A DNA stretch of 58,401 nucleotides, taken from contig CAYYHM010000008.1 in NCBI GenBank assembly GCA_964471795.1, positions 1-58,401 on the forward strand. Direction: 5' to 3'. The stretch comes from an uncultured Chitinophagales bacterium (lineage in GTDB: Bacteria > Bacteroidota > Bacteroidia > Chitinophagales > S012-47). Within the stretch, counting starts at the first letter, position 1, and each line of letters begins with the position of its first letter. The translations under genes were made by a program, and so were the position numbers. The notes below the pieces were generated by a model that did no database searches, was not told the DNA's origin, and was given only the letters and a program-made list of their open reading frames with translations. Shown here in pieces: positions 9,388 through 16,932 of the stretch.

Positions 9388-10743
9388 ATGGACCGGAGAA
9401 GATTCATTCAGAAAGCCACCTTGGCAGCAGCCTCCGCCATAGCTGCGCCCTACATCCTGCCATCGGGCCGGTTGTTTGCGGCAACAGGCAGTCAGCTGGC
9501 AGAGCATGTGGTATATGTGCTGTTCGCCGGTGGTGTACGCCAGCAGGAATCCATCCTGCAGCGGTATCTGGCCGACAGCCAGGGGTTGAATAACCTGGAG
9601 GGCAACCTGATGGTGAACATGCTCAACGGGGCAGCTCCACAACAGAAGGTAGTTTTCGGCACCAATCCTGCCGTAGGGCCAAAAGGCAGCATTCCTATTC
9701 CGAAGCTGTTGCCGGGCTCACAGACCTTTGAAACCATCGGCACCCTGTTCTCTGAAGTACAGGCAACGCAAGTGGGGCACTATGGAGGCCTCAACTCACT
9801 GGTAACCGGCAACACTGCCTTCACACAGGGACTCAAGCAAAAGCCACTGTACCCGACCATCTTCGAATATGTGCGCCGCCATCTGGGCGTACCTGCCACC
9901 AAGGTGTGGTTTGTGGGCAACGGCATTGGCAACTCCGTGCCACTACTCAACTACAGCTCGCATGACAACTATGGCGCTGCCTACGGCGGCAACTTCTTTG
10001 CGCCGCGCATCACGTTCGGCGCCAAGGGAGAAGATCATCTTGCAAACGCAAAGATCTACCATCCCGAAGAGGAGCTTTCTCCGATGTACAAGATGAAATT
10101 CTTCCTGGATCAATCATTCTCACAGGGTGGTGGCAGCCTGCTGGAATACGGCATCCAAAACACGGAGGAAGAGCGCGAGGAGATCCGCAGCTTCATGCAG
10201 CTGATGTTCCAGAAGAAACAGAATGGCATATTGAACATGCCGCCGGTGGCCGATAATGGCGACCTGCAGACTATCGGATATGCAGCGGAGGTGATTCAAC
10301 ATTTCCGGCCTACTCTCACCGTGGTGAACCTGAATGATGTGGACGGCTGCCACAGCAACTTCACCGGTTATCTACGCAATCTGCACCGTGCTGATCATGG
10401 TTTGGCGCACCTGTGGAATGTGATACAAAGCACACCGGGCATGCAAAACAACACCGTGATGATAGCCATTCCGGAATGTGGCCGCAATGAGCAGCCCAAC
10501 CCGATACTCGATGAAAACGACTGGCATGCCTTCGACCACAGCGACGCCAACGCACGCCGTGTGTTTGCCTTGATGGCAGGAAAGAACATACCGGCAGGCT
10601 TGCGCATCGGCACGCCGGGCTCACCGGTAGGCACCACCATGGACGGCGTACCCACCATTGCGGAAATCCTGGGATGCAAGGACGAGGTTGTCAACAGTGG
10701 ACTCATCAGCGGGCTTTCCCAATCACTATTCGACAGGATGTAG
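9388..10743 (+). CDS. DUF1501-like protein (sulfatase/alkaline-phosphatase superfamily) with twin-arginine signal (operon gene 3)
   Basis: MDRRRFIQKATLAAASAIAAP Tat motif. VVYVLFAGGVRQQES near the N-terminus and ECGRNEQPN...HAFDHSDANA near the C-terminus resemble conserved DUF1501 blocks. Starts 4 nt after gene 2. Confidence 0.7.
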   Translation: MDRRRFIQKATLAAASAIAAPYILPSGRLFAATGSQLAEHVVYVLFAGGVRQQESILQRYLADSQGLNNLEGNLMVNMLNGAAPQQKVVFGTNPAVGPKGSIPIPKLLPGSQTFETIGTLFSEVQATQVGHYGGLNSLVTGNTAFTQGLKQKPLYPTIFEYVRRHLGVPATKVWFVGNGIGNSVPLLNYSSHDNYGAAYGGNFFAPRITFGAKGEDHLANAKIYHPEEELSPMYKMKFFLDQSFSQGGGSLLEYGIQNTEEEREEIRSFMQLMFQKKQNGILNMPPVADNGDLQTIGYAAEVIQHFRPTLTVVNLNDVDGCHSNFTGYLRNLHRADHGLAHLWNVIQSTPGMQNNTVMIAIPECGRNEQPNPILDENDWHAFDHSDANARRVFALMAGKNIPAGLRIGTPGSPVGTTMDGVPTIAEILGCKDEVVNSGLISGLSQSLFDRM

Positions 10744-10746
10744 CCA

Positions 10747-11688
10747 ATGAGACTTTTACTGACACTGATAGCGATGAGCCTGCTGATGGCCTCCTGCAAG
10801 AAGGGCGGAGATCCAAACCCTTTTGATGACCCCTCTTTGCAACCGCCTGTGGACTCAGCCCTGGCGATGGAGCCACCCCCAACGAGTTTTGCGGGCATAC
10901 ATCAGCACGTATTCCGGCCTACCTGCGCCAACTCAGGCTGCCACGACGGCACCTTTGAGCCTGACTTCCGAACCATCGAAGGCGCCTACAACACGTTGGT
11001 GTACCAGCCCGTGATCAAGAACAATGCTGCCGGCACCTTTACCTATCGTGTGGACCCCTTCAGCCCATCCACATCCGTGTTGCTGGAGCGGCTCATCAAC
11101 GATATCGACGGCATTTCGGGCATCATGCCCCTGAGTGTAGACCCGGGCAGTGACTGGGCTGTAAAGAAAGACACCTTCATCAACTACATCCGTGCCTGGA
11201 TTGCTGATGGCGCCCGCGACATGTTCGGGCGGCTGCCGCAAAAGGGCAATCAGGAACCACAGATGCAAGGGGTGGTAGCCTTTGTGGCCGGCCAGCCACT
11301 GCCACGGAATCCGGGTCAGGGTGCTTTGCGTGTGCCGGCCAGCGCCGGCAGCATCGACGTGTGGTTCAGCATCACCGATGACTCCACAGCCACCCCTTCG
11401 CTGAAAGAGAACCGTGTGCTGGTTTCGGCACGGCGCGACGACTTCAGCCAGGCCACCGGCTACAACCTGACCATCCAGGCCACGCCCTTGCAGGCTACAG
11501 GCTATCTGGGTAGCCCCGTCGGGTATTACCACAAAATCACCTTTACCAATCCGGGGCAGTGGGGGCCTCCAGGCACCCGCGTATACCTGCGGGTATACGT
11601 GCAGGATGCCACCCATCCCGTCACAGAAATCCCTGAGACAGGCAGTTTCGATTACATCAAGGAATACTTTGCCATTGAACTGATATGA
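10747..11688 (+). CDS. Lipoprotein with PSCyt-like (planctomycete cytochrome-like) N-terminal motif carrying CX4CH instead of CXXCH, plus a beta-rich C-terminal half (operon gene 4)
   Basis: Lipobox LLMASC. HQHVFRPTCANSGCHDGTFEPDFR ... STSVLLERLIND resembles the PSCyt1 layout. Starts 3 nt after gene 3. Confidence 0.55.
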   Translation: MRLLLTLIAMSLLMASCKKGGDPNPFDDPSLQPPVDSALAMEPPPTSFAGIHQHVFRPTCANSGCHDGTFEPDFRTIEGAYNTLVYQPVIKNNAAGTFTYRVDPFSPSTSVLLERLINDIDGISGIMPLSVDPGSDWAVKKDTFINYIRAWIADGARDMFGRLPQKGNQEPQMQGVVAFVAGQPLPRNPGQGALRVPASAGSIDVWFSITDDSTATPSLKENRVLVSARRDDFSQATGYNLTIQATPLQATGYLGSPVGYYHKITFTNPGQWGPPGTRVYLRVYVQDATHPVTEIPETGSFDYIKEYFAIELI

Positions 11689-12119
11689 GAACAAGCCTGC
11701 TGATATCTGTCCTGCTCCTTGTAGCTGCCTGTAGCAAGAAGAATCCTGTGATCTCCCCCATTCCGGAGATCAGGCTGCAGGAGGTAGCGCCTACCTCACT
11801 CCAGCAATTTCAGGAGCAGGTTACCATACAGCTGGCCTACACGGACGGCGATGGCGACCTGGGATTCGAACACCCGGACTCCCTGTCGCTGCGGGTGCAG
11901 GATGCCCGCCTTTCGCAACCCGACTGGTATTTTGTGCAGCCGCTGGCACCTGTGGGCAGCAACGTGGCCATACAGGGCGTCCTCAACTTTGCCATCAGCG
12001 GCACATTCCTGCTGGGCAACGGCAATCAGGAGACAACCACTTTTTCCATCATGATCAAGGATAGGGCCGGCAACTGGAGCAATGAGGTAACCACGCCTGT
12101 CATCACCATCAAGCGATAA
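11685..12119 (+). CDS. Small lipoprotein, probable Ig-like beta-sandwich (operon gene 5)
   Basis: Lipobox LLVAAC, YTDGDGDLGF motif. ATGA overlap with gene 4. Confidence 0.5.
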   Translation: MRTSLLISVLLLVAACSKKNPVISPIPEIRLQEVAPTSLQQFQEQVTIQLAYTDGDGDLGFEHPDSLSLRVQDARLSQPDWYFVQPLAPVGSNVAIQGVLNFAISGTFLLGNGNQETTTFSIMIKDRAGNWSNEVTTPVITIKR

Positions 12120-12120
12120 C

Positions 12121-15100
12121 GTGAAGAGAACCGCTGCCATAGTACTGATCCTTTGCCTCTTCCGGCTGTCCACCCTGCCGGCACAGGCTGTCTACAACAT
12201 GGCCAATCAGACGGTTACCGATTGCTATGGCACCCTACTCGATTCTGAGGCCGGTCAGACCAATGGTCACTACAACCACAACGAAAACCTGACCTTCCGC
12301 ATCTGTCCCACCAACGCTGCGCGTGTTACCCTCACCTTCACCGGTATATTTTGCACAGAACAAGGGTTTGATGTGCTGCGCATCTTCGATGGCCCCGACA
12401 CCAACAGCACCCTGCTGGGCACATGGTCGGGCACTACTTCACCGGGAACTGTGGTAGCGAACTCAGGGTGTATGACCATCCATTTCCGGTCGGATGCCAA
12501 CCGCAGCTGCGACGGATGGGACGCCGACTGGACAGTGGACCTGATTCCACCCACACCACCCGCTATCACCGCCGTTACCAATGTGAGCTGTTTCTCCAAC
12601 ACCTTTCGCATCACCCTGGACAAACCTATCCCGTGCGACTCAGCCTATGCCTCGGCATTTACCCTGTCGGGTCCCGGTAATCCACAGGTAGCCTCAGCTG
12701 TTGCTGTGAACTGCACCGGCGGCGTTACACAGACCATCGAGCTGACCATGAACCCGGGCTTCAGCGACAATGGCAACCATGGAGTGCGCTTCGTCTATAA
12801 CTATCTGGATGACTGCGATTCGGTGTGGGTATTTACCCTGCAAAGGGCTTTTTCTGTAACCGACTGCCCGCTGGAGGTGGACATCATCAGCTCCTCGGAC
12901 ACCATTTGCCAGGGTGGTTGTGTAACGTTGCAAGCTGATGTGACGGGTGGCAATCCTGCCACGTATGCCTACAGCTGGAACATGGGCCTGCCTCCCACAG
13001 GAGGACCGCACGTGGTATGCCCTACCAGCACCACCACTTATGCCGTTACCGTTACCGATGCAGGCCCTAGCCCTGCAGCTACTGCCACCCGAAGGATTGT
13101 GGTAGTGCCCAAACCCAATGCCGGCACCGACAGAACGGTATGCCAGTACGGTAGCGCCATCACCCTCACCGGCACTCCTGCTTTCGGCTGGTGGACAGGC
13201 CCGGGAATCATCAATAACTCGGCCGGCACCTTCCATCCCGACACAGCCGGCCCCGGCACGCATCGGATTCTCTACTGGCGCAACGGCTGTGCCGATACGA
13301 TGTTGGTTACTGTGCACCCTGTATATGCAGGGTGGGACGAAGCTGCCTGCCCCAATGCACCTGCCTGGCTGGTAAACGGTGGCACTCCTGCCGGTGGCAG
13401 CTGGAGTGGCAGCGGCATCACGGCAGCCGGCATGTTTACCCCACCGGGTGTCGGCAACTACACCGTTACCTACACGGCTCCCAACGGTTGCAGCCATAGC
13501 AAAGAGATCCATGTAGCACCCTTGCTCATCAACGACCGCGATACCATCTGCAGCAGCACAGGGCTGTACTACCTGCCGCACCAACCTCCGGGGGGTGTAT
13601 GGAGCGGCACGGGTATTACCAACCCGCTGACCGGTGAATTCAATCCCGTTATATCCGGCCAAGGCAACTTCCCGCTGACCTACACCGTTCAGGGATGCCG
13701 CGATACTACCTGGTTGTTCGTGCAAACCATCAACGCCCCGAATAGCGCCCTCTCCTGCCCCTCACAGGGCATCGTGCAGCTGCCGAAAGCTATCCCGCCG
13801 GGTGGCTATTGGAGTGGCCGCGGCATTGTGGACTCGGCCCTCGGCACCTTCGACGCCATGGACAACAACGGCAAGAACTTCAACGCTACCCTGGTGTACC
13901 ACTATGCCAACTGCACGGATACCATGCCCATGTATGTGCGGATTACCACCATTGGCGTAGACACCTTGTGGTTTTGTGAAAACGACACGATTACCCTGCT
14001 GGGATGGGATCAGGTACGCCGCAATCCGGGCAATGGTAAGTGGAGTGGGGCAGGCATCATAGACCCCGACTATCCGGGCAAATTCGATCCGTCGGTGGCC
14101 GGACCGGGCACACACACCCTTACCTATGTAGCCAACACCTGCAGCGACAGCATGGTGATGGTGGTGTATCCCGCAGAAACGGTTCAGCCGGATACTATCG
14201 TCTGCCAGACCTCAGGCGCATTCAGTCTGCGCACCCTGTTCCCCGGAGGCACCTGGAATGGCCCGGGTATCACCAACAGTACGCTGGGAATCTTTAACCC
14301 GCAGATCACAGGACTGGGCAATCATACAGTGTACTACACCCATTTTGTAAACTGTGTGGACTCGCTTACCATCACTGTAGAGCCGCTGGTAACCATCAAC
14401 CTCACCCCATTGCCGGGATTTGTCTGTTACACCGACACCGTGCTGCCATTGACCGCCACCCCTTCGGGCGGTATGTGGTCCGGTGCAGGCGTATCGGGTA
14501 GCGGTTTCAATCCTGCCACGGCAGGCGCCGGCATTCACACGATCTACTATCAATACGGCAGTGGCGATTGTGCCCAAACCGACTCTCTGCAGGTAGAGGT
14601 TGGTGAGCCCATTGCCATTACTCCCATCAGCCAGCAGGACTCTATCTGCTACGGCACGTATGTCACCATCGGTGTAACCGCCACCGGAGGCAGCACAGGC
14701 GTGTTCACGTACCAATGGAGTAATGGCGCCGGCAACAAAAGTTTTCAGGCTGTAAACCCATTGTCTACCACCACCTACCGCGTAACCGTTACCGATGGCT
14801 GCAGCGATGAGGCCATACAGGAAATAGTGGTATTCGTGCATCCACGTATACAAGCCACTACAGTATCAGGTCCGAAGGTGTGCTATGGCGACACCGGATG
14901 GGTTGCCGTAAAGCCGGCTCCCGGTAAAAACTACAGCTATGCCTGGAACACCAGCCCGGTATTTACCGGTGACACGCTGTATGGAAAAGGTGGCGCCTAT
15001 CAGGTGGAGGTCTCGGACAATGCCTCCGGATGCACACTAACCCTGGACACCGAAATTGACGGGTATAGCTTTATCAGAGCCGCCTTTACCCCCAACCCTG

Positions 15101-15606
15101 CCGGTGACTGCATCGACTACCTCGATCCCACTATTGAACTGCTGGACAACTCTACCGGCGGCAACACCGGCTGGTGGGATTTGGGTGATGGCACACAGCG
15201 CATCTACCAGCCCGGCCAGTCCATTGCGCATACATTTGCCGACACCGGAACATTTGTGGTGACCTTGCGCATCAGCAATGCCGGTGGCTGCAGTGATTCC
15301 ACCAGTATGCCCATTTGTGTAGAGCCAGCTACTACATTATACGTACCCAACGCATTTACTCCGAATGGCGATGGCCGCAATGACCAGTTCAGGGCAGTGG
15401 GGATCGGCATCGTTTCGTACCGGATGATGGTATTCAACCGATGGGGTGAAAAGCTTTTTGAAAGCAACGATATGACCATTGGCTGGGATGGCACCTACAG
15501 GGGTGAAAGAGTAGAAAATGATGTCTACACCTACCTGATTGCCTACACCGATATCACCTCACCGGTGGTGAAATACCAGAAAGGAGTTGTAGCGGTAGTA
15601 AGGTAA
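12121..15606 (+). CDS. Large secreted CUB-domain / repeat / PKD protein with T9SS type-B (gliding-motility-associated) C-terminal sorting domain (operon gene 6)
   Basis: Sec signal. CUB-like domain (CYGTLLDSEAG...LRIFDG...CDGWDADW). Seven approximately 70-aa repeats (G-W-S/T-G-x-G-I ... F-N/D-P ... H-T-L/V-T/Y-Y ... C). Two CxGxxVxLxAxxxGG...Y.W modules. PKD-like module (WDLGDGT...HTF...G.F.VTL). C-terminus YVPNAFTPNGDGRNDQF...FNRWGEKLFES...GWDG...YTY matches the type-B CTD. GTG start lies 1 nt after the gene 5 stop. Confidence 0.85.
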   Translation: MKRTAAIVLILCLFRLSTLPAQAVYNMANQTVTDCYGTLLDSEAGQTNGHYNHNENLTFRICPTNAARVTLTFTGIFCTEQGFDVLRIFDGPDTNSTLLGTWSGTTSPGTVVANSGCMTIHFRSDANRSCDGWDADWTVDLIPPTPPAITAVTNVSCFSNTFRITLDKPIPCDSAYASAFTLSGPGNPQVASAVAVNCTGGVTQTIELTMNPGFSDNGNHGVRFVYNYLDDCDSVWVFTLQRAFSVTDCPLEVDIISSSDTICQGGCVTLQADVTGGNPATYAYSWNMGLPPTGGPHVVCPTSTTTYAVTVTDAGPSPAATATRRIVVVPKPNAGTDRTVCQYGSAITLTGTPAFGWWTGPGIINNSAGTFHPDTAGPGTHRILYWRNGCADTMLVTVHPVYAGWDEAACPNAPAWLVNGGTPAGGSWSGSGITAAGMFTPPGVGNYTVTYTAPNGCSHSKEIHVAPLLINDRDTICSSTGLYYLPHQPPGGVWSGTGITNPLTGEFNPVISGQGNFPLTYTVQGCRDTTWLFVQTINAPNSALSCPSQGIVQLPKAIPPGGYWSGRGIVDSALGTFDAMDNNGKNFNATLVYHYANCTDTMPMYVRITTIGVDTLWFCENDTITLLGWDQVRRNPGNGKWSGAGIIDPDYPGKFDPSVAGPGTHTLTYVANTCSDSMVMVVYPAETVQPDTIVCQTSGAFSLRTLFPGGTWNGPGITNSTLGIFNPQITGLGNHTVYYTHFVNCVDSLTITVEPLVTINLTPLPGFVCYTDTVLPLTATPSGGMWSGAGVSGSGFNPATAGAGIHTIYYQYGSGDCAQTDSLQVEVGEPIAITPISQQDSICYGTYVTIGVTATGGSTGVFTYQWSNGAGNKSFQAVNPLSTTTYRVTVTDGCSDEAIQEIVVFVHPRIQATTVSGPKVCYGDTGWVAVKPAPGKNYSYAWNTSPVFTGDTLYGKGGAYQVEVSDNASGCTLTLDTEIDGYSFIRAAFTPNPAGDCIDYLDPTIELLDNSTGGNTGWWDLGDGTQRIYQPGQSIAHTFADTGTFVVTLRISNAGGCSDSTSMPICVEPATTLYVPNAFTPNGDGRNDQFRAVGIGIVSYRMMVFNRWGEKLFESNDMTIGWDGTYRGERVENDVYTYLIAYTDITSPVVKYQKGVVAVVR
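13117..14601 (+). repeat. Seven tandem approximately 210-bp coding repeats inside the CUB/T9SS gene
   Basis: The protein-level periodicity was read directly: WWTGPGI, SWSGSGI, VWSGTGI, YWSGRGI, KWSGAGI, TWNGPGI, MWSGAGV. Each is followed by F-x-P...G...(T/Y)Y and a Cys. Confidence 0.7.
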
Positions 15607-15618
15607 CCGCTTTTCATC

Positions 15619-15626
15619 TACCTTTG
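15619..15626 (+). promoter_or_regulatory. -7 box TACCTTTG upstream of the hypothetical gene at 15651
   Basis: Exact TAnnTTTG, 13 nt after the stop of the CUB gene and 25 nt before ATG 15651. Confidence 0.35.
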
Positions 15627-15650
15627 ATGACGCTCAAATTTTTTGATGCT

Positions 15651-16190
15651 ATGTCTATGAATGATTTAGGAATCGGTGCCAAAGTACGCCATGACAGGTA
15701 TGGTGATGGCATCGTCAGCAATCTGGGTCTTACTACGGTTACGGTGTTCTTCCGGCAGCACGGAGAAAAGGAGTTCACTCTTGATTATGAGGGGTTCGAA
15801 GTGATTGCGCCGGTGCCAAGGCCTTCCGACGTACTCAGCCTGGAAGATGTAGAAGCTGCGCTGGCAGGCGTATTGCAGAAGTTTGCAGACTTTACACCCA
15901 TCATTCCGCTTGCCGAGCGCTACAAAGGCGGTACGATTGAGATCAAACCGCGCGATGCCAGCCTGGCCGGCAAGGAGATTCCCATCGACACCTTCTTCCA
16001 TAAGATTGTGATGGTGCGTGATCGCCTGCGTGTGCTGGAGCAGCAGATCAACGCCCACGACAAGCTGGACGATCAGGACAAGGTGCAATTACAACAATAC
16101 ATTACCAGGATATACGGTAGTCTTACCACATTCAATATTCTTTTCAGGGAAAAGGATCATCATTTCAAAGGCGAATCATCCAAAGGGTAA
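15651..16190 (+). CDS. Hypothetical protein (N-terminal small beta-domain, C-terminal helical region)
   Basis: Coding-like ORF. G.KV.H..YGDG.V motif near the N-terminus. The ORF track starts at TTG 15624, but a TACCTTTG -7 box occupies 15619-15626, so the ATG at 15651 (MSMNDLG) is more plausible. Confidence 0.45.
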   Translation: MSMNDLGIGAKVRHDRYGDGIVSNLGLTTVTVFFRQHGEKEFTLDYEGFEVIAPVPRPSDVLSLEDVEAALAGVLQKFADFTPIIPLAERYKGGTIEIKPRDASLAGKEIPIDTFFHKIVMVRDRLRVLEQQINAHDKLDDQDKVQLQQYITRIYGSLTTFNILFREKDHHFKGESSKG

Positions 16191-16234
16191 GCAAGAGAAT
16201 TTTTTGCTAGTTTCGAATAAGAATAGTCAAACCC

Positions 16235-16930
16235 ATGCGCTGTATCATAGTAGATGACGATCCGATTCAACGGCAACTGCTGGAAAGCTATGTTGGGGAA
16301 CTGGACAGCCTGCAGCTGGCTGGTTCCTACGAAAACGCTACAGCAGCCTTGAAGGGCCTGAGGGATCAGGACGTAGATCTCATTTTCCTGGATGTGGAAA
16401 TGCCGATGATGAGCGGACTGGACTTTCTGTCTACGCTGACTAATCCACCACAGGTGATCCTGGTAACGGCCCATGAGAAATATGCCATGTCGGCCTTCGA
16501 CTTCAACGTCACGGACTTCCTCAAGAAACCCATCGAGTTTGCCCGCTTTCTAAAAGCAGTAAACAAGGTGCTGGATTCCAAGAAATCAGGGGGCACCCCT
16601 GTGAATCAGGTAGAGGACTTTGACATGTTCGTAAAGGACGGCACGCAGCTGGTAAAGATCAATACCTCGGACATTTTCTTCATCAATGCGCTAAGCGACT
16701 ATGTGAAGATTGTGACGTCCAAGAAAGAATATGCCATTCTGTATACCATGAAAAGCCTGAGCGATCAGCTGCCGGTGAAGCGATTCATGCGGGTGCATCG
16801 TTCCTTTATCGTTCGACTCGACAAGATCGACAGGATAGCAGATCACGTGATAGAAATCGGCAAGCATTCCATTCCGGTGAGTAAGTCATATCGCGACGAA
16901 TTGTACGAACGGCTAAACCTGCTCAAATAA
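16235..16930 (+). CDS. LytR/AlgR-family response regulator (REC + LytTR DNA-binding domain)
   Basis: MRCIIVDDDP...DLIFLDVEMPMMSG receiver motifs. C-terminal FMRVHRSFIV...I LytTR signature. Confidence 0.9.
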   Translation: MRCIIVDDDPIQRQLLESYVGELDSLQLAGSYENATAALKGLRDQDVDLIFLDVEMPMMSGLDFLSTLTNPPQVILVTAHEKYAMSAFDFNVTDFLKKPIEFARFLKAVNKVLDSKKSGGTPVNQVEDFDMFVKDGTQLVKINTSDIFFINALSDYVKIVTSKKEYAILYTMKSLSDQLPVKRFMRVHRSFIVRLDKIDRIADHVIEIGKHSIPVSKSYRDELYERLNLLK

Positions 16931-16932
16931 TC

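Noticed and set aside
12694-13725. 343-aa minus-strand ORF
   Set aside because: It is antisense to the CUB/T9SS gene. Its Gly/Ala/Arg-rich translation mirrors the repeat region. It is a shadow ORF.
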